Below are positions 1 through 13,889 of a DNA stretch of 64,000 nucleotides, in pieces. The position numbers and the translations under genes were made by a program. The notes beneath the pieces were generated by a model. It ran no database searches. It was not told where the DNA came from and worked only from the letters and a program-made list of their open reading frames with translations. The stretch is from Octopus sinensis (Eukaryota). The DNA is taken from contig NC_043004.1 in the NCBI RefSeq assembly GCF_006345805.1, forward strand, positions 63,426,001 to 63,490,000. Direction: 5' to 3'. Position 1 is the first letter of the stretch. The number at the start of each line of letters is the position of its first letter.

Positions 1-2475
1 GCCAAGCACGAAAGTTGCATCGTCAGAGCTAAAATGCGTGCCTTAAGGAACGAAGGGATCAAAGCTGCGCGAGAGGTTCGGGTAGCGGAGGCAACAGAGC
101 CACCATTCGGTCTCTAATAGATCAACAGGGATGCAGTTTACTCGAAGCCGAAAGGATTTGTGAGGCCTTTCAACAGCACTTTGCTCGACTGTTTGGTGCG
201 AGTGGTGGGTCGGAACGCAGTATGTATTTCAGTGCCTACCTGACCGACCTGCCGCGACTCTCGGCATGAGAAGCGGAGTGTTGTGAAAGTCCCATCACAG
301 CCGCTGACGTGCGGGATGCGATGACGGTCTGCGCGAGGGGTAAGTCGCCTGGATTGGATGGTTTACCCTACGAGCTGTATTGTCAAATGCCAGACTTGTT
401 TGGCGACCTCTTGGCATCAGTCTATTGCAACTGGCAACAAAATGGGAGAATCCCGTTTCGTGAGCCGAGGTGCAGTGACGTTGCTGAAGAAAGACCCAAA
501 CAAGGGGAATTTTATAGATAATTTCAGGCCCATCACTCTGCTCAACGCAGATTTGAAAATTTTGGCTAAAGTAATAGCCGAGAGGTTGGCGCTTGTCTTT
601 GGTAACCTGGTCGACAGGGCGCAAACATGCGCCGTGCCAGGCAGAACCATACATGACAACCTCCATCTGATGCGCTACATTGTGGACAGAGAAGTTAAGG
701 ATTCTGGCATAGGTGGGGCGCTGATCAATTTGGATCAGTCTAAAGCCTTCGATAGGGTCGACCACCGGTACTTGACGGCCGTCCTCAGGGCGGCTGGCTT
801 CGGTCCCTTCTTCCGCGGTTGGATCGCTGCCTTGTATAGCAGCATCCGATCGGTGATTCGGGTGAACGGTCACCTGTCGAAACCGTTTGACATCACGCGT
901 TCGGTCCGTCAGGGGTGTACCCTGTCGGCGCTTCTGTATGTATTGACTCGCGAGCCGCTACTGCGGAAGCTGGTGACACTGAGGAGCACCCCACGGGAAC
1001 TGGGTTGCGGGACGAGCGTGTTGGCATGTGCGGACGATGTCACCGTCATAGTGTCGAGCGACAAACACATCCGGATGATAGGCGAGACATTAAGAAAATA
1101 CGAAACGGTGACGGGAGCGAAGATTAACTCGGAAAAGTCAATGGGTTTGCTACTCGGCACCTGGAGAAGCAAGCCCATGCCGTCCGACTGCGGCTTAGTA
1201 GTGGGACGCTAGACGGACGGACCGGTTAAATTTCTCGGGGTCTGGTTCAGTCCAGACCTCCAAATGGATAAGAACTGGGACGAGATCACGAGTAGAGTGG
1301 TCGCTCGCAGCAAACATGGGCCGAGAGAAAGCTGTCTCTAAAAGGTCGGGCGGAGGTGGCGAACGCATACATCGCATTCGTCATCGATTAACGCCTGACC
1401 GCCGTGCCTTGTCCCGACGCCACCATCACCAATCTGGAGCGCATACTCTTCCACTTGCTGTCAACATCCATTGAATGAAGGACTGGGGATGCCGTGGTTG
1501 ATGATGCGCAGGTATGCGCTGAGACTGCGACATCTCTGGAACTTCATCGATAACGGTGAACAGGTGTGGGCGCCGTTTGTGAAGTGAGCCTTCCCGCAGC
1601 TCGTCTCACTGACCGAACTGCAAACGTGGATCAAGAAGAGACCGAAACTGGGTGATTAGTACCGAGAGTGTCGCCACGCTCTACAGCAGCTCTGCCGACC
1701 GGGGTCAAACTTGTGCAACTTAGAAACGACTAAAGCGTTCTATAGAGGACTAGTGGAGGGGAAGTCCGACGACACACTCGGGGCAAACCTGGGCGTCGAC
1801 GAGAAATTCCTTGTCCCGCTTGTTCAGGACGACTTTCGGGCCGGGGCCTATGGATAACTTCTAGAAATCCCTGGCTTGGCAATGCTATCGAGACGCACTA
1901 CCTGTTCGAGAGAAGAGCCACTGGTACGGTTCGAAAACCATCACCGGACCGACCTGTCCGAGATGCGGTCAGAGCGACGAAACCGTCTGCACGCACTCGT
2001 GCAGTGTCCTGATATTTCAGAGCTGTGAACCTTCGTCGAACAGCTGTTGTCGCGTGTAGGACGGGCCCGCTTATCGGCCGAGTCTATCGTGAATATTGTT
2101 CCACCACATTCCTTTAAACGGGAAGGGAAAACGGTTTTCGTTACGCTGATGGCTATGGCGAAAGAACGTGTTTGGTGGGCGCGTTTGAAAGGACTGCAAA
2201 CAAACACCTTCCTCTCTGGTCAGTCTGCCGTCAACTTTTTCAAATACCACTTGAAAAGGAGGATGACAATAGAGAGGAAGGCTTTGTCGAACGAATGTTT
2301 TAATAAAAGACGTATGAAAGACGTATGAAAGACGACTCTATTTTAAGCGTAAATCTGTAACCAAAAGAGACAACGAGAGGTAAGGTGACTTACTCATGTG
2401 TTCATTTTCGAACTGTCTGAGGTGACCTTGGTCTTTTTGTAGGTTTTTCTTTCCAAGGCTACACCTAAACTGTGA

Positions 2476-2520
<45 letters not shown>

Positions 2521-2680
2521 CTTTTTTATACACCATACAACCCACAGATCCCTATTGATCAAACGTTTTTTTTGTATGCCCCACCCAGCCCACCTCGAAA
2601 AGAAAAAATCTACATTGTATTTCGTCCATTTTTATTCTCTGTTTAGCCCTGTGAGGCTACAATAAAAGGTTATCTATTAA
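1..2680 (+). mobile_element. L1/Tx1-clade non-LTR retrotransposon copy 1 (3' part of ORF2, decayed)
   Basis: Seen: RT in ORF 358-1212 (NFRPITLLNADLKILAK, DQSKAFDRV, SVRQGCTLS, ADDVT), C-terminal Cys/His finger remnant near 1950-2010, many stops and frameshifts, and 3' end AATAAA (2661-2666) followed by TATCTA. Clade assigned from known L1/Tx1 ORF2 motifs. Confidence 0.9.
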
Positions 2681-2877
2681 CTGACGTGTTGTCACCTCGG
2701 CTCCGAAGGTAATCGCTTATTTTGACTATTTATAGCCCATATTTTGTGTACGTTTTTGTAAATAATGTGTGTAAGGCACCCAACTTTCGTTAGAGTGCTT
2801 TTTCAAGGGAGGAATTCGCCCCTAGGGGCAGTTTCAACCCTATCTAATTTGCGTATTTTTCTTCTCGACATTAAAAA

Positions 2878-5127
2878 ATGTCGAGAAATGTTATTGTAGA
2901 ACGCTGGTCGCGTTCCTTTATGGACCAGCATTTTCCTAGAGTTGAAACGCTTGGAGAAAAAAAGAACTTATGCACGCACACACATTCGACAAAGACAAAG
3001 CTGAGTGACGTGGTAGTGAACGCTGCAACCACTTGCGGTAACAGCCCTGTCACCATCACCACCACAAACAACAACAACAACAACAACAACGAGACTACTA
3101 ATGCTGCAACCACCGCCTCCACCACCACCACCATCATCGCCACCCCATCCACTACCTCAAATACCAACAACAACAACAATAAAAATGACAACAAGAATAA
3201 CAACAATTGCGCACCCATTTCGATATCTGCTCCCACGGCTGTCTCTTCTGCAACTGACACCACCGCCAACACCAACAACAAAAACAACAATAACTACTAC
3301 AGCAATTCCGTTTAGACCTTGTTTCCTCCAACACCAAGAACTGAAGGAGATAAACAAAAGACTGTGACCACCAAACAAATTGAGGAAAGCTGCTCAAACG
3401 CAGGTACAAACTATGCAAGTAATTTTCCACCTCTTCCTACTTGTACAATCAAACCAAATACACCGATTTTACCAACTGCAGCCAACAACAATATCACCAC
3501 CAGCAACAACAATAACAAAACAACAACAAATTGTGCAGTATATTTTACTGCACAACAGATAAAAGATACCAAAGTTTTAATAATGAAAGAAGATGGCATG
3601 GTGAAAATAAACATACTACAACAAATATTAGAAAATGAAAAAAAAAAAGAACTATTATATATAAAATAATTATTAAGAAAACAAAAAGTCCAGAGAAGGC
3701 TAACACAAGCAAAATCGAAAAATGCTTGCAACCCATCTGGAACTTCAAAGAGTATGTGACCTGGTGGAACAAGTTCGCGCATATACAAGTGGTTTTCCAC
3801 ACTGAAGAGTTAGCAAATCGTTTCTCAACGCTAACTCTTCATTCAGATGAACTCACATTAATACCAAGCTATCGTAGACAGAAAGTGACTAAAATCACTT
3901 TAAACAATGTTCCAAAAATAGCGAACAATCTATGGCTAGCAACGGCCATATGTGTGGAAATGGAAGATTTCACAATTTTACAAACTACGGTCACTGAACA
4001 CAAAAACTGGGTGGGAAAAAGAGTAGAATTTCTACTACACATCAACCAAGATGTTATCAAGAAAATACCCTCCCAGATATATGTATCAGAAGACCACAAG
4101 TTGTATGTGGTCGTCGATGGCAGAAGACCACGTTGCTACATATGCGGCAGTGAGCAACATCTAAAAAAAGATTGCAAATCTGCCGCAAGAAAACAACAGC
4201 AACAACAACAACAGCCGGAAAAAACAAAAAAGCCAGCTTTACTACCCTCACCACAGTTTGCACGAACAATAAAAGGACTAATCACAGAAAATCAACAAAA
4301 AACAAACCTACCAACCAAACAACACCATCAACAACAACAACCAATAATAAACCAACTCCCAAATCAAGAACATCTACCAAAAAGACAAGCATCGAAAATG
4401 AAGAAACAATTACCACTCCAAATCCCCACAAAACTGACACCCCAAACAACACAACAATACCTACAATCACTCAAACACAAAATACCCACACCCCACCTCC
4501 AAAACCCCATACACCATAACCTAACGCTCACCAACCAACACCAACAACAAAATCAACACAGTCTAAAATAGATCCCAATACTTTTCCCTCCCACTCTCTG
4601 ATTTCTCTGACTTGTCATTAGATGAAGAAGACACAGAAGATTGGCAAATAGCCACAGGGTGGAGGAGAAAAAGAGGGAAAAAAAGAATAGAAAAGATAAC
4701 AAACAAAGCAGGAAGATTCACCACTCCCGAAACAAAAACATCCACAGAAAACGAACACATCAACACAATCACACCATCATCAAACCCCCCAACAATGTTG
4801 ACAGCCATGAACACAAACAACCACGACCTAATGGCATACATTAGGTCAAACACCAACATAACTGAAAACGACATAAAAACAAATAACCACCCACGCACAG
4901 ATCCACCACAACACATTAAAATAATACACATATCACAGAACACATACAGCACCCTGAAATCTCTCTACCCTGATGCAGTAGGGAGATTTCAAAAATATTT
5001 ATCAAAGAAACTGTATAAAAACCTCATGGGAGAAGACTGTGAGGTGAAAAACAAAAGGACTTTCAGACAACAAGTAACCTTTTTCTCTTTCGTTCTTTTT
5101 TTGCACTTTCTTTTCGTGTGTGTGTAA
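2878..5127 (+). pseudogene. Tx1 ORF1 (gag-like nucleic-acid-binding protein), broken into 4 ORFs
   Basis: Seen: CX2CX4HX4C zinc knuckle CYICGSEQHLKKDC at 4134-4175, N/T/Q-rich low-complexity tracts, and a break near the A-run at 3638-3648. Confidence 0.8.
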
Positions 5128-5148
5128 AACACAATTTTTTATAGGAAC

Positions 5149-8100
5149 ATGCTGAAAATAGGCAGTATAAATGTACGTGGCTTGGGGTCGCCTTGGAAAC
5201 AAGGCTACCTGTTAAATGATATCAAGTCACTAAATCTGCATATCATAGCCATCAGTGAGACTAGGTTCCACAGCTCGCGGGCACTCCAGCACATGTTCGG
5301 CACACATTTCAACATTTATTTTTCTCCGTGTCTACCGAGAATGGGCGGAGGTAGCACCGCGGTGCTTCTCCGGAAGAGTCTGGATCTCAAAGTAAGAGCA
5401 ATTTTCCTAGACCCTGAGGGTAGTCTGGCCGTTTTGGATGTCGATGGCAGTAATGAGTGTGCTTTTCGACTGATAACAGTTTATGCACCGTCCTTAACAG
5501 GCCGACCAGATTTCTTTCGACGTCTAGAGTCTTTCATCGGAACGTCTCGACCTTTACTTTTAGTGGGGGGTTGGAATGCCACCCTGGACACGCATTTAGA
5601 CTACGTGGGCAGAGATAGCAATAGAAGGAGATGCAAATGCCTCAAAGACCTGCTCAGACGTTTCCAACTGTCTGACAGGTACCGACTGGACCACCCGAAT
5701 GTGCCAATATGAACATGGAGTAACCGCATCGGGTCGTTCAGATCATAATTAGATAGAGTATTCTGTAGGACAATAGATAAAAATAGTGTAGGGTGTCCAC
5801 AATTTCATATAGTCAATTACACAGATAACAAGTTTGTGACTTGTACACTTGACTTAGATAAGACACATAGACAGGGTCCTGGTTACTGGAAGCTGAACGC
5901 GTCTTTTACAGCACGACAGGTTTACAGGGACCGGATCAGCTCATTAGTTAAGAGAGCTTTGACGGGTACCATCATCAACAACAGATGGTGGTATGCCCTA
6001 AAAAAAGCAATTGAAGCAGAATCAGTTAGATACAGTAAAGCCCTAGCATTAGACCGAAATAGAATAGAGGGAGAATTAGTTACGGTTTTAGAAGAGGCAC
6101 TTAGAACTGGTATCGCGTCCAACGTACTGGCAGCGAGATTGGACCTCGACCAACACCTCAATGCTAAACACGAAGGATGCGTTGTCAGAGCTAGGATGCG
6201 CGCTCTGAGGAACGAAGGAGTTGCAGCCGCCCAAGAGGCCCGAGTGGCGGAGACGCAACGAGGCAACAGAGCCAGCATCAAGTCTCTTACAGATGAACAG
6301 GGGCGCGAATTGCTCGAGCCTAAAAGGATGTGTGGGGCTGTTCAACAACACTTCACCCAACTATTTGGGACAAGTGGTGGGTCAGAACGCAGAATAAACT
6401 TTAGTGCCTAACTGTATGCCTTGCCACGACTCTCAGCAAGAGAGGTGGAGTCTTGTGAAAGGCCTATCACAGCTGCGGACGTACAGGATGCAATGGAGGG
6501 CTGCGCGAGAGACAAGTCACCAGGATGGTCTGCCCTACGAACTTTATTGTCATATGCCAGACTTGTTTGGAGGCGTCTTGGCAGCTGTCTACTGCAACTG
6601 GCAGCAAAACGGGAGTATCCCTGCTTTTGTAAAGCGAGGAGCAGTGGCACTGATTAAGAAAGACCCAAACAAGGGGGACGTCATAGATAATTTCAGACCC
6701 ATCACTCTGCTCAACGCAGATTTTAAAATTTTGGCCAAGGTGTTAGCCGAGAGGTTGGCGCTTGTCATCAAGAAACTAGTCGACAAGGCACAAACATGCG
6801 CCGTGCCAGGTAGAAGTATTCATGACAACCTCCATCTGATGCGCTACATCATAGACAGAGTAGTCAAGAATCCTGGCATTGGTGGGGCGCTGATAAATTT
6901 GGATCAACCAAAAGCTTTCGATTGGGTAGACCATCACTACTTGGAGGCTCTCCTTGAAGCGGCTGATTTTGGTCCAGTTTTCCGCGGTTGGATCGCTGCC
7001 TTATACAGCGGCAACCGCTCAGTAGTTCGCGTAAATGGTCATCTATCCAGACCTTTTAACATCATGCCCCCTCTCATCGCTGCTGTATGTATTGACTCTT
7101 GAACCACTACTGCGGAAACTGGTGACGCTGAGGGGCATCCCACGAGAGCTGGGATGCGGGAGGAGCGTGTCTGCATACGCGGATGATGTCACCGTCATAG
7201 TGTCGAGCTACCGGAATATCGAGCTGGTCGGCGAGACACTAAAAAAAAACGAAGCGGCAACGGGAGCAAAAATTAACCGGGAAAAGTCAGTGGGCTTGCG
7301 GCTCGGCACCTGGAGAAGCAGGCCCATGCCGTCCAACAGCGTCTCCATCGTGGGACGCTGGACGGACGGACCGGTTAAATTGCTCGGGGTCTGGTTCGGT
7401 CCGGACTTCCAACTTGAGAAGAACTGGGGCGAGATAACGACTAGGGTGGCTACTCTCACCCAGAAATGGGCTGAGAGAAATCTATCCCTAAAAGGTCGGG
7501 CGGAGGTGGAGAACGCGTACATCGCATCCGTCATCGAGTATCATCTGACCGTCGTGCCTTGTCTCGACCCTACCATCACCAAACTGGAACGTATACTCTT
7601 CCGCTTCCTGTGGAAGGGAAACGTTACGATGGTTAGGCGATCCATTTGCTGTCAACACCCGCTAAATGGAGGGCTGGGCATGCCGTGGTTGATGATGCGC
7701 AGACATGTGCTGAGATTGCGACATCTCCGGCGCTTCATAGACGACGGTGAAAAGGTGTGGTCGCCTTTTGTGCGGCGTGCTTTCCCGCAGCTTGTCTCCT
7801 TGGACGAACTACAGTCATGGATCAAGCAGAGACCGAGGCTAGGCGAATGGCACCGCGAGTGTCGCGTTGCTCTCAAGCAGCTCTGCCGTCCGGGATCGAA
7901 CTTGTGCGACTTCATCACAACAAAGGCATTCTATAGAGGATTAGTGGAGGGGAGGTGCGACCACGAACTGGGGCAGAGTCTGGGCGTCGACGAGGAACAC
8001 CTGACCCGCCTGTTCAGGACAATTTTCGGGCCAGGACCTATGAACAATCACCAAAGATCCCTGGCCTGGCAGTGCTATCGAGAAGCATTACCTGTTCGAG

Positions 8101-8501
8101 ATAAGCTCTACAGACACGGTTCCAGACACACTGGACCGACTTGCCCGAGATGCGGTCAGAGCGACGAAACCGTTCTGCACGCACTCGTGCAGTGTCCAAC
8201 CATTTCAGACTTGTGGGCTTATGCCGAACGGCTGCTGTCACGTGTGGGACGAGTCCGCCTATCGACCGAGTCTATTCTGTACATTGCTCCGCCCCCTTCC
8301 CTCAACCGGGAAGGCAAAGCAGTTTTCATCGTACTGGTGGCCATGGTGAAAGAATGTGTGTGGTGGACCCGAGCGAAAGGATTAGAGACAAACACTTACC
8401 TCTCTGGCCAATCGCTCATCAACTTTTTCAAGTACCACTTGAAAAGGAAGGTGAGAATGGAGAGGGAAGTATTGTCTCGCGAAAGATTAAAAAAAAGATG
8501 A
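5149..8501 (+). pseudogene. Tx1 ORF2: APE endonuclease + reverse transcriptase + C-terminal zinc finger, disrupted
   Basis: Seen: MLKIGSINVRGLG, IAISET, VYAP, GGWNA (APE); GPGYWKLN; NFRPITLLNADFKILAK, KAFD, YADDVT (RT); CPRCGQSDETVLHALVQC. Stops at 5710 and 6409, frameshifts near 6520 and 7070. Confidence 0.92.
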
Positions 8502-8901
8502 GTGAATGTTGCAAAGATGGTGCGTGCGAGTGACGAAACCATTTTAAGCATGACCCTGTAAATCGTAAAAAAGAAAGAGAGAAAGCATTTTGCTCTCATG
8601 TGGTTATTTCCTCCCTGACTGAGGTTCCCGTGGTCTTTTCTGTAGGTTTTTCTTCCCACGGATGAACCCAATCTCGTTTTATCAATGTTTTTCATCAATG
8701 TTTCTGTGATGCACGATTTCTTTCTTTCTTTCTTTTCTTTTTTTTTCCTCCTCTCGATCCCTTTTGATCGCAATCTTACATTTAATTTTTTTTCCACCCT
8801 CGTAAAGAAAAGCTCTACATTTGTATTTGTCCCCTCTATATTAAGCCCTGTGTGGCTAATAAAAGAATGTTATCTATCTATCTATCTATATGCTGTCTTG
8901 A

Positions 8902-11330
8902 CTGATGTGATGTCGCATCGGCTCTACAGGTGACCCCTTTTTTCTTTCGAACATTTATTGTTTCAATTTTTGCACACAAAGTACCCAGCTTTCGTTTGAG
9001 TGTGTTTTCAAGGGACAAATTGACCCCTAGAGGCAGTTTCAAACCTATTAACATATCTCTTTTCATCGAATTCCTTGCCATATTTCTAAACAAATATGGC
9101 TAAGCGAAACCATGAAGCTGACTTCTCGACACTACCAATGCTAGAGGCGAAGGAAGCTGAAAGCAAAGTCGTTCCGCGTGAACGCACACAGGCCTTTGAT
9201 GGCACGAATGCTTCTGCTACTAGAACCACTACGCCATCACCACCACAACCAATACGAAAACTGAAAACAATTTTGCCGCAGCTTTGAAGTTAAAGAAGAC
9301 AGTCATGTGCTTTTCCAAAGAAGAAACGCCCACCTGTAAAGCAATGTTTAAAAGAGACGACCTCTGCATACAACTGACACCACAAAACATCGCAAAAAGA
9401 ATCGAAACAAAAAATTCAGTTAGTTACAGAACACTCAGTCTAAAAACAAAAGCTATACGAAAAGGCCGCTCAAGAAAATGTTGAAAAATGTTTAAGGCCT
9501 ATATGGGCCATTAATGATTACATTACAAGGGGTGACAGATTTGCCACGACTGAAGTTCGATTCGACACTGAAGAAAGAGCCGAGGACATCTCCACTTTGA
9601 GTCCTTCCAATTTGAAAACCGGATTGGCCAAAAAGTTGAAATTCTTGCTGAAATTAATCCGATGATGTTCGAAAAAATTCTACATAGAATCCAATGAGAG
9701 AGGACATCGAAGGCAGAAAGCTACGTTGCTATGTTTGTGGTAGCAAAGCACACTTACAAATTAACCGCCCACTAGCACAGAATCAATAACAACAGCAACA
9801 ACGACTACAAGATCACGAAAAACAAAAATAACCACAAGAAAACCAAAAACCGTGCAGAAAAACCAGCACTGTTACCCACACCGCCATATGCAGAACTAAT
9901 TAAACAACTCTATAAACAAATAGAGGAAAATCGGCAACCAAAAAGGCAGCCCAACCAAACAACATCACCACCAACGCCACCAAGAAAAGAAGCAACACCA
10001 CCATCACCACCACCACCAACAACAACAACTTCAAAGGAGGAAGAGAAAACCAAAAAGACTCATACCCCACCCCCAAAACCCACACGCCACACCCAAACTA
10101 TAACGAATCAGCACCAACACCAATAACAAAGTCAACACACTCAGAAATAGACCCCAATACACATTCCCTCCCACCTTCGGATCCTCCGATATGTCGTCAA
10201 ATGAAGAAAACGACACAGGGGATTGGCAAGTGTCCACAACCAATCTGGCAAAATGTTGCATATCATGCGAGAGGGAATTAGTTCACAACAATAGAGGTGC
10301 GAGTCGCAAGTGAAGATAAGGCCAGGCAACACTCAACGTCACCCGTGAGATCGAACGAAGTGGTACTACTACCTATCTAGTTAGGAAGGCGAACTTCCAA
10401 CGTGAGAGTAGGAGAAATCCCAGCACGGGGACGCATTTCCCCAAACCATGTCCACAGACACTGACTCCCAAACGGCTCCTACAGTCACCAGTCTCCAAAC
10501 CTCCACCTGTTATACTAATCTCCCCCTCCCCACAGTTATAAACACACGCAGATCCCTCAAGCTTCTCACACCCGTCCCTCATAAACATTATATATATCTG
10601 CGTATGATGCAAACAATTAAAACATTTTAAATGAAATTGCCACTTTAACAAAACGCACAAACATTTACTTGTCCTGATATCAGTGGTGTTCCCACCCACA
10701 TAGATTTTATCTATATAGATAGGACCAACCACAAATGCTTTAAAAATATATTTCCTGAGGAGGTTGGCTCTCCAGGAAAAATTATTTCGATAGCACCGTA
10801 TAATAAAATCATTGTGTCCCCACAGACTACGAATGATGAGGAGGATTAACCATCCTCCAAGACTCTTATTTATCTTTTTGGTTTCCCTTAATGTAGGATA
10901 TATAAATGCGCGCGGCCTGGGTTCGATAAGAAAGCAGGGTTTCCTCTGTGACGATCTCAGGTCGCATAGACGGGATGTTGTTGTTATTACTGAAGCCAGA
11001 CTGTGAGGGCTGCAGACTTTCTCACTCCTGTTAAACGACTACGAGAAAATTGTTTCTCTATGTGAAACGGCAGGGGTGGGTGGCGTCATGGTTCTTCTCA
11101 GGAAGACTTTAAAGTTACAGATAAGAAAAATCTTTGTTGACCCGGAGGCTGGTCGTCGTTGATGAGACGCACAGCAGTGGTAAGTCAGGTTGCTAGTTGT
11201 CTACCTTCTTTGTAGAGTGGGACAGTTCGACGTTTTTCAATGTCTTGAAAATTCTCTAGGCACATAAAACACAGTAGTGTTGTTAGGAGATTTAACGCAA
11301 TCTGCGATGCACGCGTAGATTATGTTAATA
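8902..11330 (+). mobile_element. L1/Tx1-clade LINE copy 3 (5'UTR, decayed ORF1, start of APE domain; 3' truncated)
   Basis: Seen: 5' end CTGATGTGATGTCGCATCGGCTC resembles copy 2 (CTGACGTGTTGTCACCTCGGCTC), shared CCCTAG-GGCAGTTTCAA motif, and APE start SLNVGYINARGLGSIRKQGFL...VVVITEARL at about 10870-11005. Confidence 0.8.
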
Positions 11331-11739
11331 ATTAATAATAATTAATCACATTTATATCCTCATTCTGGTTTATACAACTTATTTTCTCACATATTTCATT
11401 TGACAATCCTTATTGCTGATAATTACCATATATGTAATACCTTGCACAACTCTCTCTCTCTCTCTCTGGTTGCTCACTGACTATACATTAGGAGAACAGG
11501 TCATATGCTTTATTTGTAGCAGTAGCTTTCTGTCTTTGCCAAGAGATGTAAAGATGAAAACCCAACCGTAAATTCTGTTCAAATGTTTTACTCACCTTCG
11601 TGTCCTACAGCTTTGGCATAGTTTTTCTCAACAGAGGGCGATATAATCTGCATGCCTCTCATTTCAGCAGCGGGAGGTTTCAGTATTTACACGAAATAGA
11701 TGAACTATAGACCAGGTAGTTACTTTCGAATTACTCATC

Positions 11740-11960
11740 GAGATTGTGCGAAGCTCTCGTTTAGGGACGCTTGCTGGCTATATAGACATCAGTAAGTCTT
11801 TTCACTTGATGGACAGGGATGTGTTCAGAAGAATTTTGGTGTTACGAGGCATAATTCTGTGGCGGTTAGGCTGATTGCGACCTTCACGCAATTCATACTG
11901 CAGCCAGCATCTGAATGATTCCCACTCCGATCTGGCTCCGTCAGGGATGCTCCAAATAAA
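11740..11960 (+). mobile_element. Decayed non-LTR (RTE-like) RT fragment
   Basis: Seen: YIDISKSFHLMDRDVFRRILVLRGI resembles the FIDLxKAFDSV..Gi RT motif, followed by a CCGTCAGGGATG (VRQG-like) remnant. Confidence 0.55.
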
Positions 11961-12579
11961 ACCAGTATCTGCATGTCCAGGATAATTGACCGGATGGTGA
12001 AACATTGAGTTCTGGTGCAACCATAGATGTAACTAAGATTACAGTCCTGAATTTTGAAAATGCTTCAGGTAATATGTTTTACAGTGCTTCTCAATATCTC
12101 AAGGAATGCACTCTTTTCACTAAGTATAGAAAGCTGAATCAATTTGCCTTAAAGCTTCTTCTGACAAAATCCAGTCCTACGTTGGTTTCACTAAGTTGAT
12201 TTGCATTTTGAAACCACGATGGATGACATTATAAATATTGTACTATACATAGATACAAAGTATATGTGTATTCTTGAAAATATCAATATTTCACTACTTC
12301 CTTATTCTGCCATTACAAGGAATGGATAACGTATACCATAGAATATTAATTTACCAAATGTAGCTCACTACGAAATCACTAGGTAGAAGTAAGTATATAA
12401 AAATGGTGTCTTAAATCTAAGACACTTGCCTGGGTATAAACGTCTGCAACGCAGAATAGCCCAACAAAATTTGCCTGTAAAATCTAATCTGTTTAAACTT
12501 TAGCGTATAGAAGTTTGACTCGTTATACATTGATGTATATTAAGATGAAATCATTTAATGCTACATAAAATTTATTAAT

Positions 12580-12800
12580 ACCCAAATCTGTTTGCCGGAG
12601 GATCGTGGTGCTGCTAAGAAAGGACTCAAACAACGGGGATAAAATAGACAATTTCAGGCCCATCACTCCGCTTAATTGAGATTTGAAGATTTTGGCCAAG
12701 GTATTAGCAGAAATGTTGGCGCGTATCGCGTGTGGACTAATCGGGAAAGCATAAACTTGCGGCATTCGCGGCAGATCTATCCAGGACAACCTCCATCTTA
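12580..12800 (+). mobile_element. Tx1 RT fragment (same family as copies 1-3)
   Basis: Seen: GACAATTTCAGGCCCATCACT...GATTTGAAGATTTTGGCCAAGG is nearly identical to 515-570 and 6684-6741. Confidence 0.85.
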
Positions 12801-13847
12801 TACGATATACATACATACATGCATACATACATGCTTACATACATACATACACACGTACGTACATACATACCTGCCTATAAATGTGAGTATATATACATGT
12901 ATGTGTGGTTATCCATACAGGGTATCACGAACGGCTATTCAATTGAATCCAATACAGCCAATTAAATACACAGGATGTCAGGGACCACAGTACTCGTGTC
13001 AAAACAACATTTATAGTCAATTTTGACAACAGCAGTTATCAAAATAAGGAGTGTCCTGATTTGATATAATAGGCAGACACTAGTGTTTTGAAGCAGCAAA
13101 TAATTGCTAGAATTCAGTAAAGACGAATGATCAGTGAAATATTACCTTTCAAGTAATTGCTGATGGAGGAAATAACTGATTCATTGACAAAGATATAGCA
13201 CATTCCATTCAAGAATGTCTTTTAATAGATATTTTCCTTGATTCACGTGCCCATTTCTAAATTTCTACTCTTCAGTTAATAATTAATCTTGATTCTTTCA
13301 CTGGTATTTTAACTTTAGTGCGTAACATAAACCACAGAATGTCGATGCTCTCTTTCTAAAATTATTTCATACTTACCCTTGATCATTTATGTATCCTGTC
13401 GATATATCAATCTTATTTTGGGACGCGAATATGAATTAAACACAGATTCGAACTAGAATATTTTATTCATATTATTTTCAAATATGGGAAGAATGTCAGC
13501 ATATGTCGGAGAAGTGTGTACATTGATTATATTGTCACTACTGATTCAACTTGTCTTATTTTATCACCTATCAAGTATCAAAGGCGAATTAATCCACAGC
13601 TAAGAACGTAAGCATGGTCAAAATAATGCTGAACTCTCTGCAAGGCATACTATTCTGCAAGCTCTCCGTTCAAATCTTTTTATATTGCTCTCAATGTCTG
13701 AAACAATGCCATCCGTTTTGGGAAATATGTAAGTCGATTACATCGACACCAGTGTTCAATCATTTCTTAATGTCGTATTTTATTCCATAAGCCAACTACA
13801 GAAATCACAGCAGTAATACATGTTTCTGCTTTCCATTTATATTTCAG

Positions 13848-13889
13848 ATACAGGGTGGTTGCAGGCGGATTGGGTCCTTCGAAAGTCGC
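13848..13889 (+). CDS. Candidate 5' coding exon of the M13 gene (cytoplasmic tail, YRVVAGGLGPSKV)
   Basis: Seen: strong acceptor tttatatttcAG and donor GTAAGT; the phase-2 end joins exon 18895 in frame. No homology support. Confidence 0.35.

Larger units (their letters stand above)
2681..8890 (+). mobile_element. Full-length L1/Tx1-clade LINE copy 2 (ORF1 + ORF2, inactivated by a few stops and frameshifts)
   Basis: Seen: 5'UTR 2681-2877, ORF1 pieces 2878-5127, ORF2 pieces 5149-8501, AATAAA at 8858 and a (TATC)n tail. Confidence 0.93.

Noticed and set aside
295-8241. Minus-strand ORFs over the LINEs (e.g. 295-873, 2871-3290, 5922-6281) and plus-strand ORFs over the CR1 (31520-32816)
   Set aside because: They are antisense shadows of retrotransposon coding sequence with no independent motifs.
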